A DNA stretch of 64,000 nucleotides from Eledone cirrhosa (GCA_964016885.1 OZ024747.1:63178001-63242000); one strand, 5' to 3'; counted from the stretch's first letter, positions 24,040-37,857 are shown. Made by a program: numbers and translations. The notes: generated by a model not told the origin, from the sequence alone.

Positions 24040-25150
24040 CACACAACACAAAAACAAGATGGTGTAGGACAGCACAAAGAAGAGAACAAAATAAAAAACC
24101 AGTCACTAAGGAGGTCACAGAATTTGTGACGAAAGAACTTTGACAATATATAAACAACTATCTGGTTATTGAACCAACCAACTGGAAATTTATAATAAAT
24201 TAAAGTGAAAACCAACAGATGCATGTGTTTTTAACGGCAGCATGAGCCTCCCAAAGTTAAAAAAAAATATATATATAAATATATGATGAGCTTCTTCAGA
24301 GTTTCTGTCTGCCAAAAATATATTTTTTTAAGTGTACATTATATATTATTTCTGCTGTTTCTTTAGAATTTTCCAAAGTTTCCAGAACTAGTGACACCTT
24401 TTTCAAGTGTTAAAGCAGTTAATGATGTAATTCAACTGAAATTTCTGCCTACCTTAATTATATTTAATAATAAGCTTAAGTTTTCTAAATTAACTACTGT
24501 AATGTAATATATGTTCACAGTTTATTTCTGAATTTTTTATTCTTCTATTTTCTCTCTATTTAATCACATTAGATATCTGCTGCCACAACACATTTACAAA
24601 TTTGAAAATTTAAAAAGTGAAATTAACTTTAGATCCTCACTACATCAAAACAACAACACAAGTTATTCTCAAAGCATTGAGGTACCATTAATTTAATGGT
24701 AATAATTTAAAATTCACCAATTTAGAGAACTTAACATACCATATTATATAAACCTGATGAGAAATTTTGTTTAATCATGAAATCCAGTTATGTTGGGGAT
24801 TTAAAAAGAATTCACATTGCAATCATTTTTTTTTTTTTTTTTAGTGGGGGTGGGGGTGGGGGCTTTGGTTGACTTCATTTTTCTGTTCCAAAAGATATTT
24901 ACAAACTTCATAGAAACATGCAAATATTGAGAAAATACAAAATGAAAGTTATTGTAGAGATTAAATATAGATACAATTTTCATTTTGATTGGTTGCTGGG
25001 CTTGTTGGTTGGTGCATTGGTAGGTGTGTATATTTGATGGCAGGAGGACTGATTGGTTGGCAGGTGGTAGGTTGGCTGGTTATATAAGAGAGATAAAAGC
25101 TTTCAAACTGGTAGATTTATCACTTCACCCCCCCCCCCCCCCCCACAGAG

Positions 25151-25340
25151 TAATTGTTTCTACTATTGGCACAAGGCCAGCAATTACCCAGTACATTACT
25201 GGTACTTTATTTTATCGACCCCGTAAGGATGAAAGGCAAAGTTAACCTTGGCGGGATTTGAACTCAGAATAGCAAGGGCCGTAATTCTATGTGTCAAAGC
25301 ATGGCGTCCGACCCTCTACCGATACTGTCAATTCACCGCA
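25151..25340 (-). mobile_element. Nin-like SINE with 11-bp TSD
   Basis: CACAGAGTAAT at 25144-25154 and 25341-25351. Confidence 0.9.
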
Positions 25341-25789
25341 CACAGAGTAATGGTGGGACATATGGATGATATGTAGTCCCTCAACTCATTCTAGTCTCAG
25401 ACCATGCCAGTAAGGAAAATAGATGTAAAATGATTGTGATGATGATGATAATGTTATTTGGATCAAGTCTATAACCAAGATATGGAAAATGAGGATATTA
25501 AAAATCATAAGCACCTTTTAGTCATTGATCTCACTGATTACTGATCCTTAATACCTTATGGATTGATAGGGGCACTGTCATGTCAAATGGTGAATCTTTG
25601 GCATTCTTAACCTAGTGGTACCTATCCATCTCCAGATTTGACCGCAATCAGTTTCTTCCAGAAAGTATGGGAGAGAGAGAAAGAAAGAAAGAAAGAATGA
25701 ATAAGAGAGAGATTAATTAACTCCAGTACTGAACTGCTACTTTATATATCAACCTCAAAAGGATTAATGACAAGCAGCCGAAATAGGTT

Positions 25790-26152
25790 CCTCCAAAGGG
25801 TCTTTGGAGTAACATTACTCAATAGAGTGTGTAGCTTGGAGATCTGAGAGTCACTCCAGGTAGAGCCATTATTTCTGCAAATTGAGAGATCACAAATTGA
25901 GGCATGTGGTTAGAATATCTCAGGAAAGAATTGTTGGACAGATTTTAGGGGCAAAACCAACTGGTAGGAGACCCAGGTGTAGATTCCAAGCAAGATGGTT
26001 GGATAACATCCATGAGCTTGGCTGGTTTCACTTAGGGATCAAGCTAAATCATTTGGAGTTGGTTGCTTCTGACAGGACCCACTGGAAGGAGTGTTTGAGG
26101 ACTCTTCCCCCATGACTGTATCAGGAATAAGTGGGCGAAGAAGGGGAAGAAG
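25790..26152 (+). mobile_element. RTE-like LINE (family 2) 3' fragment
   Basis: HVVRISQERIVGQILGAKPTGRRPRCRFQARWLDNIHELGW...DRTHWKECLRTLPP*. Confidence 0.85.
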
Positions 26153-26804
26153 ACTTCCAGACGGTTTGAACTCAGTGCACAGAGAGTTAGGTTGAATATC
26201 AGAAAATTTGTTATCTGATTCCTTGAGAACTTGGCCAATTCAATTCCTTGAAGCACTTTTATTACAGATGCATATTACAATCTTATTCAGTTTTTTTTCA
26301 GTGTAATGTTAAATTTTACTTTTTTGCTCTCAAATGTAAAGATGCAGTTTTATAGTTTCAAGAGAGAACAAAATAAAATAAAGTTTTATTTTATCAGTTG
26401 AAGATAGAAAAGGGATATATAAGAATTTAATTATTATATTTTTTAGTTTATATAGAAAAGTAATAGTAAAGAGAGTGAGAAGGATGCAGACTATAGTGAG
26501 ACAGGGGTAGTAAGTGAATAGGTTGTATGAAAGTCAGGAAAAAAATGAATGGAGCATGTTGTATTGAATGAGTAATGTTGGTGTACAAGAACAGTGATAC
26601 ATAAATGTGTTGAGAGAAAAAAAAACAGTATTAATAGGAATCAGATGTAGTGTGCATGAGAGAATACTTCACATGTATGTGATGTGCAAAGCCATGTGAT
26701 GTGTATGGAAGATGATAGTTGGGTGAAGAAGTACTAGGAGATCCTAGTGGTGGAAGCTTGTCCAACAAATGGAAGCATAGCAAAACAGATATAAAAATTG
26801 AGTG

Positions 26805-26839
<35 letters not shown>

Positions 26840-27324
26840 ATGTTTGACCTGTTTGTCAAACATATATCGATGTTGTATTATTATGGCAACAGGCTTTTGG
26901 TTGCTTTAATCTTAGTGTCAGACTTTTTCTGTTTACTCTGGGGGAAAATATTAACTCTTCACTCCATTGAGTGCTTTTGTGACTGCCTTAAATAATTTGA
27001 TTGGTATCTGCTATATTGCAGCTACTACGTCGATTTATACCCTATATATATATATAAATATATATATATATATGCAGGGAAAAGCGGACATAAAATGATG
27101 ATGAGGATGATATATATATATATATATATATTAAACCTTTTTGTTTGTTACCCTGGCGTCCCCTTTGTTTACGTGTCCCAACGACTTTTTTTAGCCGTTG
27201 TTCGCACCAACCTGAGGCATATGGCCCTTAAAGCGATGAAATGCCTGGGACGGTTGGAGGGTCACTGATGAAGGACTTACTTTTTCATATGCACCACCAT
27301 TTGCAACGCGCAGCCATCATTATT

Positions 27325-27384
<60 letters not shown>

Positions 27385-27385
<1 letters not shown>

Positions 27386-27654
27386 CCTGTAAGGTGGTTG
27401 GTGATAGAAAGGGCATCTAGCTATAGACAGCTTGAAAAAAAAAGGCTTGGGAGGACCCTTCAGTTGTGTCTAAGACATGACAACCTCTTTTGTGCACCTG
27501 GTAGAACATGAAACAGAATATAAGTGAGATAACAAACCCCTGGCCTAGGGAAGTCAGTAATCTTGCTTCAGAACTGACTTGGTCTGTATCAACCCATCCA
27601 ACCCATACTAACATGGGAAGCAGATGTTAAAATGATGATGATGATGATGATGAT
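27385..27654 (+). mobile_element. RTE-tailed bipartite element
   Basis: GGTTGGTGATAGAAAGGGCATC ... CCCATCCAACCCATAC...AAATGATGATG. Confidence 0.65.
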
Positions 27655-28277
27655 ATTTATTGATATATTGATTATTTGCTAGGTACTTAACTATCCCCAT
27701 TGTCAATAATAATCACATCATCAACTCACAATTCATGATTGATGTTTCAATGTTGACTTAGTCTGCATGGCTCAGTCATGTATAGGACTTGTTTACAGTT
27801 GTTTAATCAGATAATTAAACAAGATCGTTTTCAGACATGATTCAGTAGAATAATTAGCAACACTTTGAAAAAAAAATCAATTATACTTTTATATTTAGTT
27901 AAAAACAACAACAAGAAACAGTCAATTCTGTTGTTTTTACTGATATACATGAATATTTTATCACAACAACCAAATGATGGAATGCCAATCCAAACATATT
28001 GACTTTACAACAAGCTCCAAATTGGAAGTTGTTTGAAGTATATTAGTAATTGTGTAACACAGTGCAAACCTGTTGTAATATAAGTTCTTACAACATACAT
28101 TAACCCTTTAGCATTTAAACCGGCCGTATCCGGCCAGAGTTCTCTCACCTCGTTCTGTTCAAACCAGCCATAACCAGCCACTCATGCTGATGTTAAGGTA
28201 TTGTTCTCAAAATAAATAATATCAAAATCTCTTAGATTTGATATTATGTGAGATAATTATCTGAAAATATAATAGTA

Positions 28278-29652
28278 CTAGCAGTGTATCCCGGCGTTGC
28301 ACGGGTAAGAACATTGGTAATAGCACCTCCAATGAGAAACGTTTATTTGTGGATGCCTGTTAAAAACTCACGAAAATATACCGACAGGAAACTTGTTTTA
28401 TTTGGAGAAAATTAAGAAGTTGAAAGTACAGTTTAGCTGTCTACGTGCATTGTTCATAGAAATATTGTTGAGCCCCTTCTTTTCATACTCCTCTGTTTTA
28501 GCCTTTTGGAGTAAATGTGAAAGAGAGAGTCAGAGGTTAAGTTGGCAGAAGATTCCAGTAAGATAACAGTAAGGCGTAGGCTACTTACCTCAAAAGTTCA
28601 TTCACACTCTTTCCACTAAGTTACTCTTTCTCTCTATCCCTCTCGGTGCAGTCCCTTGCGAATTTCTCGCATAGGCCTGTTGCAGATTTGCACCCAATCC
28701 ATCTACCCGATTCACATGTCCGCTTTGTACGGCTTTTGGAGGAAGGAGTGACCAGCAGTACGTTATTCGGTATTATTATGAAAAGGTGTAGCAGAGAATC
28801 CCGCGTGAACTAACAGCTCGGGAGGAAACTGCTTACCTCGAAGATTCATTCGCCATCGTTCTTGTCAACCCTCCGTTTACTTGGTATTTGTTGGTCTACA
28901 GTTAGATGAATGGCACACAAAGGATTAATGTTTATTGGCAAGAAGTTTTTTGAATAATAAAAGACGGGTTAAAGCGACCTACAATGTATCTGTGTGTATA
29001 TATATATTAGCATTTTAAAGAATTACACCAGTCCAGCCTTCTGTTATGTTATAATAATTAACTCCGTACTCGCACCACCAACTACACAAACGAAGACGGG
29101 TGAGTTGCGTTACATTGAGTGCTCTCTATAATATTACATTGAGGTTGACAATACAGAATGACCAGTTCTATCCAGTGGTGAACCAACAAACCTAAATAAA
29201 TAAATATATATATATATATATCCACACAGATGCATATATATGTATATACAAAGCGAAACCTACAGTCAGTAGGCACCTCTTAACAAAAATACACCCCCAT
29301 CCCACTACACCCACCCCATCCACACCACCCTTTTCGATGTAAAGTTATGTTGGTACTACAACATCCAGTCCGAAATAAATGAGGTTGTGTAGGTGTCACG
29401 ACAAAAAAACACACAGTCCACGCTGTAATGTGGCCGTGTAGGTAACACGGTAAAAACCTCCCAGTCCACACTGTAAACGTGGTTGGTGTTAGGAAGGGCA
29501 TCCAGCCGTAGAAAACCCGCCAGACAGTACTATACGAGCAAGACAACCAATCTTGCCTCAAGTGCGAAAATTCCCATCCAAACCCATGCAAGCGTGGAAG
29601 ATGGACGTTTAAACGATGATGATGATGATGATACGTGTGTGTGTATGCATGC

Positions 29653-29685
<33 letters not shown>

Positions 29686-29857
29686 CGTGTGTGTGTGTGT
29701 ATGTGTGTGTATGTATGTATGTATGTATATATATATATATATGCGTGTGTGTGTATATATACATATATTTTTATGTGTATATATATATGTATATGTGTAT
29801 ATATATATATGTGTATATGTGTTTGTATATATATATATATATGTGTATATTTGTTTG

Positions 29858-29889
<32 letters not shown>

Positions 29890-30223
29890 TATATATGTGT
29901 GTGAGTGTGAATGTAGCGAAGATAATACGTCAGCAATGACGTGTTCGTCAGAATGTCGTTATGCAGACAGACAGACATACAGACAGATATTATAAGGACT
30001 CGACGGAGATCGATAACCGGCGCCTAACACCTCTTTAACAACAGAAAATTTAAAAATAAAAGCTGCAGTTAGTATCTTTAGACCGCAAGGAATATATAGA
30101 TGCAAGTTTGAAGTCAATCGGACTAGAAATGTGGATTTGTATAGACTTTGCAAAAATGAGGACACACACACACACACAGACGCACACACACACACACAGA
30201 CAATACAGTTATATATATATAGA
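28278..30223 (-). mobile_element. Non-autonomous Helitron (Lep1-like), about 1.95 kb
   Basis: Minus strand starts TC(TA)n and ends CCCG-TGCAACGC-CGGG hairpin, 8 nt, CTAG; inserted between A and T with no TSD; (CA)/(CAGA) tract near the 5' end. Confidence 0.85.
29340..29632 (+). mobile_element. RTE-tailed bipartite element nested in the Helitron
   Basis: GGTTGGTGTTAGGAAGGGCATCCAGCCGTAGAAA...GGACGTTTAAACGATGATG; inverted sibling at 31462-31765. Confidence 0.8.
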
Positions 30224-31417
30224 TATATAGAGTAATGTAAATGCTAAAGGGATAATATAGGTCCATTGAAATTTATTTTACATTCCAGATAATATAATTA
30301 CTATAACATATTTTGATAGTTTACATCTAATTTAAAATTAAATATTATAATTACCAGCTTTCAGATAAAAGTTTATACTTAAAAATTTAATGCTAAAAAA
30401 GAAAACCTAAAACTGACTTCAGCTCTCATAATCTCTATCGCTGTCTTATCAAGTGTGTGTGTGCATTTATGTTCTCTCTCTTTCAATCACTGCCTCCATC
30501 TCTCTCACTACTATAAGGAAACAGGAGTCCACATGTTGGGGGCTCTATGGCACCAGCAGACAATGGACAAAGGATGGTGAAGGAGACACGTTGAAAGAAC
30601 CATTCCAGATTGCGAGGCTCATGCCTGCAGATAGACACCTCCCTGGTGGCACAAAAGAGAACCATGCCATTGAAACTGAGGTAGAAGCCATATGGACATT
30701 TAAGCAATGACCTATAGACTGCTGGGCTGAGTAAAAAAAATCAGTGACAAAATGCCATGCAATACTAAAGCCATAGCAGCTGCACAAAAATTGAAATTAA
30801 AATGGCATGCACCTTAGTCGAACAGTAAAAACACACTTCTGGTCCGCAGCTGCCAGCAGTCAGTTAGCCAATGTCACTTTAGCTGAGCAGTGAACACATT
30901 TCTCTGGGCAACAGCAGTCTGTTTGTCAGTGTTCCTTAGCAATGGAAACACCTATGGCCATTATCACTCAGCAGTCTCTTAGTCAAGGTTACCTGTATGC
31001 CTTGACCAGCTTTAAAACCCAGTTAACTTATGCATTAAACAGATTCAAACAACCATATATATATATATATATATTTACATATATACACATATACACATAT
31101 ATGTATACATATATGGGTGTGTGTGTGTCTGTGTGTGTGTAAAGTGGTCATATAGGAGTCTGACAAAAAGTGCCCAGCGCAAACTGTAAATGTGGTTGGC
31201 AATAGAAAGGGCATCCAGCTGTTGAAAAGTAGCCAAAATCATTTCTATATGAGCAAGACATGTTCACCTGATCCAACTTGCCTCTAATGCAACAACCTAT
31301 TGAACCCTTGTTAGCATGGAAAATGGATATTAAACGTCTTTTTCTCCCTGTTTTAATATATATATATTATCATTTCATTTCATTTTACGTCCGCTTTTTC
31401 CCTGCTTGCAAGGGTGG

Positions 31418-31461
<44 letters not shown>

Positions 31462-31463
<2 letters not shown>

Positions 31464-31765
31464 TCATAATCATCATCATCATCATCAAGGTTTAGCGTCC
31501 GTGTTCCACGCTTGCATGGGTTTGGACGGGGGTTTTCCCACTTGAGGCAAGAGTGGTTGTCTTGCTCGCATAGGACTGTCTGGCGGGTTTTCTACAGCTG
31601 GATGCCCTTCCTAACACCAACCACATTTACAGTGTGGGGCTGGGAGGTTTTTACCGTGTTGCCTACACGGCCACATTTACAGCGTGGACTGTGTGTTTTT
31701 TTGTCGTGACACCTATACGATCTCATTTGTTTCGGCCTGGATGTTGTGGCACCAACATAACTTTA
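31462..31765 (-). mobile_element. RTE-tailed bipartite element
   Basis: Highly similar to 46866-47148 and to the reverse complement of 29340-29632. Confidence 0.85.
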
Positions 31766-32390
31766 CATTGATATATATATAGCAATTACATATATATATA
31801 TATATAACAATTGTAGGTCAACAAAATTTTTGCTTATACTATAGAAGATTGTTGCCTTGTAAGAACAGCAACAGCATAAGGTAAGGATTGTATGACCATG
31901 TAGGAGCAAGGTATTCTCTCTAGTGTTGATGCGACAATAAAATGAACCAATACACTGTGTTAAGTGGTTGGTATAAGAAAGGGTGGGTTGCTGTAAAATC
32001 AAAGACAAAAGTGGACTGTATAACAATGATATGTTCATCTGATACATCTAGTTGCAGGCCATGATAAACTCTCCAACACACATGAGCAGGGAAAATGAAT
32101 GTAAAATGATGTTGATGGTGAAATCTACCTTATGTATTATATTATTTACTCACCTGGGCCCTCATCATACAGTTTCATTGTATATGGCTGAAATACTTTT
32201 ATTGTATAAGGTGAATAGGATTTATACTATGTTCTTCACCTGTGGAGGTATAAACTATATTATTGTGTATTCTATTAACATAAGTGAATATTATAGAGCC
32301 AAATCCCTCATGCAAGAATTCAATTAACAACACAGAATTGATTATTTAAAAGTTTATCACCAGATACGAATGAAACAAACATAAATTTAA

Positions 32391-32408
32391 CCCATTGGCA
32401 TTTACATT

Positions 32409-32473
<65 letters not shown>

Positions 32474-32617
32474 TATTATATTTTCATGGTAAAGGCCTTA
32501 TCTCACATAATATCGAAGATATGAAATTTTGATATTATTTATTTTGAGAACAATACCTTAACATCAGTATAAGTGGCTGGTTATGGCCGGATTTTACACA
32601 GTTTAAATGCTAAAGGG
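32391..32617. mobile_element. piggyBac-type MITE (family A) with internal (CT)n(TA)n expansion
   Basis: TTAA|CCCATTGGCATTT ... AAATGCTAAAGGG|TTAA. Confidence 0.85.
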
Positions 32618-32649
32618 TTAAAGTATAAATAAAAGCCACCTTGAAAATA

Positions 32650-32977
32650 AATAATGGTTTCTGATTTAGATATAATGCCACAAATTTGGGGGAGGGGAAA
32701 GGTGATTAAATCGACCTCAGTGCATGACTGGTACTTTATTTTATCGACGGCGTAAGGATGAAAGGCAAAGCTAACCTCGGCAGCATTTGAACTCAAAATG
32801 TAAAGGACCGGAACTCTATGATGCAAAGCAGCGTGTCAGACGCTCTACAGATTCTGGCAATTCACTGCCCTTACAAATATATAATTGTTTCTACTTTTGG
32901 CACAAGGCCGGCAATTACCCAGTGTATTACTGGTACTTTATTTTATCGACTGAAAGGCAAAGTTAACCTCGGCGGGA
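32650..32977 (-). mobile_element. Nin-like SINEs: long copy plus truncated short copy
   Basis: Family motifs at 32650-32872 and 32880-32977. Confidence 0.85.
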
Positions 32978-33521
32978 TAATCTTCAATAAGTAATTTCAA
33001 ATTACTCGAGTTTAAAACATGAATAAGGGTTTTTAACCTTTTTTCTACAAAGGTAGTGTTGATGTCATGATAAAATGCACCTAGTACATTCTATATCCGA
33101 TAGTATAGTTCTGGTGCCATAAAAAATATACCCAGTATACACTGTAAGTGGTAGTACTGGTGCCATGATAAAATGCACCCATATCATCCTGTAAAATTAT
33201 TAGTGTTTTGATGGCATCAAGTTGTAGAGACCACGCCAACAGGGAAATTTTGAGTGAGATATAATCCTTTGACCCAGCTAGTCATGGACCTTGATGACCC
33301 ATCCAAACGTATGTCAGCATTTAAAGGGAATATAATAGGATAATAACGATGATGATGATCATGACAATGATAACAAGTGATACATATTTAAACACTTTCA
33401 ATCAATTCCTTTGTAAACCTATTTATTCCATTTAATCAATTATTTTAATCAACACACCATCCTCTTTTCCAATTACCCCATACATTTATCACTATTTTAA
33501 TTCCACACAAACACAAATACA

Positions 33522-33599
33522 AGTATATATATAAGTGTGTGTGTGTGTAGATATACACACATATATATATATATGTATGTAGATATATGTATATATATA

Positions 33600-33635
<36 letters not shown>

Positions 33636-33681
33636 TACATATATATATATATATATATACATATATATATGTAATATATAC

Positions 33682-33734
<53 letters not shown>

Positions 33735-33791
33735 CATATATATATACATATATATATATGTAATATATACATATATATGTATATATATATG

Positions 33792-33826
<35 letters not shown>

Positions 33827-33901
33827 ATATATATGTGTGTGTGTGTGTATATGTGTGTGTGTATATATGTGTACGTGTGTGTGTGTATATATGTGCGTGT
33901 G

Positions 33902-33933
<32 letters not shown>

Positions 33934-34126
33934 AATATATGAATATATGTGTGTGTGTGTATATATATGTGTGTGTGTATATATATATATGTGTATATAT
34001 ATATGTGTGTGTGTATATATATGTGTGTGTGTATATATATATATGTGTATATATATATGTGTGTGTATATATATGTGTGTGTATATATATGTGTGTGTGT
34101 CTGTATATATTGTGTGTGTGTGTGTC

Positions 34127-34171
<45 letters not shown>

Positions 34172-34218
34172 ACATATGTTTGTGTCTATGTATATATTTA
34201 TATGTATATATGTATGTA
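33522..34218. repeat. Compound (TA)n/(TG)n microsatellite
   Basis: Direct reading. Confidence 0.95.
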
Positions 34219-34496
34219 TCAGGGGCGAAGGGTCCGTGCATGCAATGCATGCAGTGCATGCGTTATAGAATCTTGAGTTGATCAATTGCATTGGTTGAAG
34301 CAAGCAGAATTTTGGCTGCTTGCTAAATCGTAGACACATAAAAAGATACACACACACGCACACACACACACAAACACATGACAGCGTGTATATATATGTA
34401 TATATATATGTGTGCATATGTACATATGTCATCATCATCATCGTTTAACAGCCATCTTCATGCTAGCATGAGTTAGACACTATATATATATATGTA

Positions 34497-34539
<43 letters not shown>

Positions 34540-35017
34540 ATTTGTTAGTTCATTAATTCCATTTGCCTTTGGACAAATAGAAATTTAATTAGTATTCTAA
34601 TTCAGTTGCATATAAATGCAAAACATGCTTATTTCTTTTATTACATTACAGCATATGATTCTCTGATGTTATTATATAAACACAATGTTTTTTTATTTTG
34701 TATTGCTGAACTAAGCTACAAGGTAAAATAATACATGTCAATGAAATACTTTATTTCTGAACCTGATGTTATCTTTCAATCAAAAAAGGTTTTAATAACA
34801 CCAGGTCAAGCACCTGCATATTTAGTGCCCTAAGCTAGCTCTATAATATATGCCTGATTTTCCTGAATAACGTTATTTCAACTTGGAATTTAGCAAGCTG
34901 GCATGTCTAGTTTTTGATACTTCTTACTCTGTTCACATTAAAGAAATTACTAAGCCTGCATTTTCCACTACACTGTCATATACTTACTCATGTTAAATGA
35001 TGTGACAGGTCTTAATA

Positions 35018-35290
35018 TCATCATCATCATTATTTTACATCTGTTTTACCATGCTTGCAAGGGTGGGACGAGTCCTCTTCAGCACAGCTTCTCTCCATTT
35101 GTCACGGTCCTTCGTCATCTCCTTTGTGAGCTTCAGCTATCTGAGGTCAGCTCTCACCACCTCCGCCCATGTTTTTCATGGTCTTCCTCTACTGCATCTT
35201 CCTTCCACTAGGATTTCTTGGCACTTCTTCACCCATCACATGACCATACCAACACAGTCTTCTCTCCTGCACATTATTTTTGATGTTTCC
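35018..35290 (-). mobile_element. RTE (BovB-like, family 1) LINE 3' fragment
   Basis: Reverse complement of 59280-59531. Confidence 0.85.
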
Positions 35291-35341
35291 ACAGTGTTGT
35301 TATACACCAAATTATTGATCACAGGAGATTATTACATATTT

Positions 35342-35707
35342 CTAGAAATTTCATATTTCTAAAGAAATACGGTTTTAGGAAGCCATAGCTATGCGAACAC
35401 CGGGGCTAACGCCCTCTGGTGGTGTCCAGCAGAAGCGAGGGGGACAACCATCTATGCAGTTCTATTATAAGTTGAGCCAACCTATGCAGCTTCATATGCA
35501 AATGAAATTAATCACCTCATTTACACAGGCGAGAAAACTATATATTCTCGACTATTTCCAAGTCCAACAGTAGCAAGCGGTGGGAGGTACCGTCCTGACG
35601 AAGGCCAATCAAGCCTGAAATGCTTAGACGGTTGTCCCCCTTGCTTCTGCTGGACACCACCAGAGGGCTTCCTAAAACCGTATTTCTTTAGAAATACGAA
35701 ATTTCTA
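35342..35707 (+). mobile_element. Penelope-like or retrozyme-like fold-back remnant with inverted terminal arms
   Basis: 35342-35383 plus 35411-35454 are the reverse complement of 35625-35707; hammerhead motif immediately inside the right arm. Confidence 0.65.
35589..35632 (+). ncRNA. Minimal type I hammerhead ribozyme motif
   Basis: ACCGUC CUGACGA AGGC-CAAUCAA-GCCU GAAA UGCU UA GACGGU: 6-bp stem I, intact CUGANGA and GAAA, 4-bp stem II, vestigial stem III, UH = UA. Confidence 0.75.
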
Positions 35708-37857
35708 TACATATTGTATAAAGCTATGCTTGAAGCAAAATCTTATTTCTATTACATATTTAATTTAATTATACAAATTTCTCTAACATTGTGATCTTTA
35801 AACGTTCGACACATTAACTTTCTGAACCTTAGATAGCTGACTAGTCGGCTAAATAATAAAACATCAGTCTAAATAATTAAGTTTAAAATATTGCTTAAAA
35901 TTCTTCATAACTTAATTGAAATGGAAAGTATTTCATTAGAAATACACTCAGGGTTTGGATATGACCTATAATTGATTGTACCTGTTCATTATCATGATTT
36001 TTATATTCACTTTCCATGCTGGAGTTACTTCTATCTTATATGTCACAGAAGATATTCCATTCATCTATTGCATTTGTGGCAGGATTTCTATGGATAAATG
36101 CCTTTTCTGACATCAGCTACTGGATGTGTTTTACCAGCAATGAAGATGGTTTTGAGCCTTTAACCCTCTTATTAATATATTTCTTATGTATTGGATTTTA
36201 ATGGATTAATGAAGGATTTTCAGCGCTTACTAAAATTATTAATTATTTCATTATTAAAATGTTATTTATATCATATCTTAACAAAATATTTTCACTTAAG
36301 TTGGGAGGTATTAATTTAGGAACCCATGGGAGCATTTTGTTGCATAGAAAAACAAGTAGTTTGGGGCAGGTTGTTATCAAAGGTTAAAAATGTTATTTCA
36401 AATTTTATAAATGTTTTCTTCTGTAACCTTTAGTTTTTGTCACATATTGTTGCGCTATACTTCCATATCATATTTTTTAAAAACACAACCAGTTTTTCTA
36501 CTTCATAAATCTAGACAACAATTTCAGATTATAAGTATATTTTAAAGTCTGAATTTTGTTTTGGTTTTGGAAAAAAGCTAAAATATTTGTTGACTTACAA
36601 AGAAAAGAAAATTTAGAAATATTCTAATTCCTGACTTGTTGTCAGAAGTAAATAATTTATCTTTAACAAATCTCAATGAATGAATTGTTTGACAAACTTT
36701 TCAGAAATCAACGAAACTGAAATTTTTTCTAGATTGAAAAATATCTAAATATATAATTCCATATGAAATTGTTCTCGAAACTGTTTCTGAACAAACCTCT
36801 TTCAAAATAGGCATTTCACATTTTAAACTAATATGTATTTATATGAAAGCCTTCCATCATAACCGTATCTAAGAAACTTTGTTAAGCTATGTTCAATACA
36901 CCATCTTAATGTGAAAAATAGTTTTATGACAAAATCTCAGCAAATTCTTGATTATTTTCAAAATTATTTGAAAATAAGAGGCAGTGTCTTTTCTTAGAAA
37001 TATGGTACAGAAAGTATTATGTACCAAACATCAGCTGAATAATGAGAAAATTATGGACAGCTGGGTTATTTTGGGACACTCACAGTTTCACATTGCACAA
37101 TAACGAAGCTAGGGTATTTTGTGTATGGATTTCTGCTGGATTTTGTCAAGATTTAATCATTGTTTTATATTCTGGTCTTGGTTCTTGTTACTTCATTACA
37201 TCCCACAGTAACACTAAAGTATTGTACCTATATCAGAAATCAATATTACTGTTATTATTCTACAAGTAAATGATATTTTACTTATTGTATTCCAATAAGG
37301 TTTGGTGTGATTCATGTTCTGTAATTCTGTAACACCAGCTCAGCTTTTTTCTCATTTTTGTTTTCCAATCTCTAACATTGTACTAGTTGTATGTTAACAT
37401 GTACCAGTATATAGTTGCTCTGTGTTTTTATTGATGTAGTGGCTACTGTTGCTGTTACTACTACTACTACTACTATACTACTACTACCGCCACCACCACC
37501 ACCACCACCACCACTACTACTACTACTTTCTTCTTATTGTTGTTATTCTCCTGATAATTCATGTCTGAATTTTGATTTGTTTTGTTTTGTTTTATTTCAT
37601 TTAAAATGAAGCTAGTTGAGCCATCAGAGATATTGATGTTGCTTTGGGGAAAGGCAAAAGTCACATAATTCTTTCTTCTTTAAAACTACCGTCAACTTTC
37701 TTAGCTCCATCCTAATAAATAATTGTTTCTACTTTTAGCAGTGCATTATCCCAGTGCATTACTGGTACTTTATTTTATCGACCCCGTAAGAATGAAAGTC
37801 TAATAAATAATGCTTTGCTTTTCTCATTTTCTCCAATCAGTTGCATACAAGATTAAA

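Larger units (their letters stand above)
28104..30251. mobile_element. piggyBac-type MITE (family A) split by a Helitron insertion
   Basis: Left part 28104-28277 begins TTAA|CCCTTTAGCATTT; right part 30224-30251 ends AATGCTAAAGGG; joined sequence matches the intact copy at 44174-44378. Confidence 0.85.

Noticed and set aside
24750-24790. AACCTGATGAG...GAAATCCAGTT as a hammerhead
   Set aside because: Stem II cannot form between the core motifs
23412-27276. The two half-hammerheads assembling in trans
   Set aside because: Their stem I strands (GGGGUC and GAGGGUCA) are similar rather than complementary, and they lie on opposite strands
30453-30800. GC-richer segment with short ORFs on both strands
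   Set aside because: Possibly a decayed LINE C-terminus, but I cannot match a motif with confidence
34222-34324. GC-rich TGCA-repeat stretch and 9-bp hairpin AGCAAGCAG/CTGCTTGCT
   Set aside because: Probably a lone transposon end; no partner terminus found and too short to interpret
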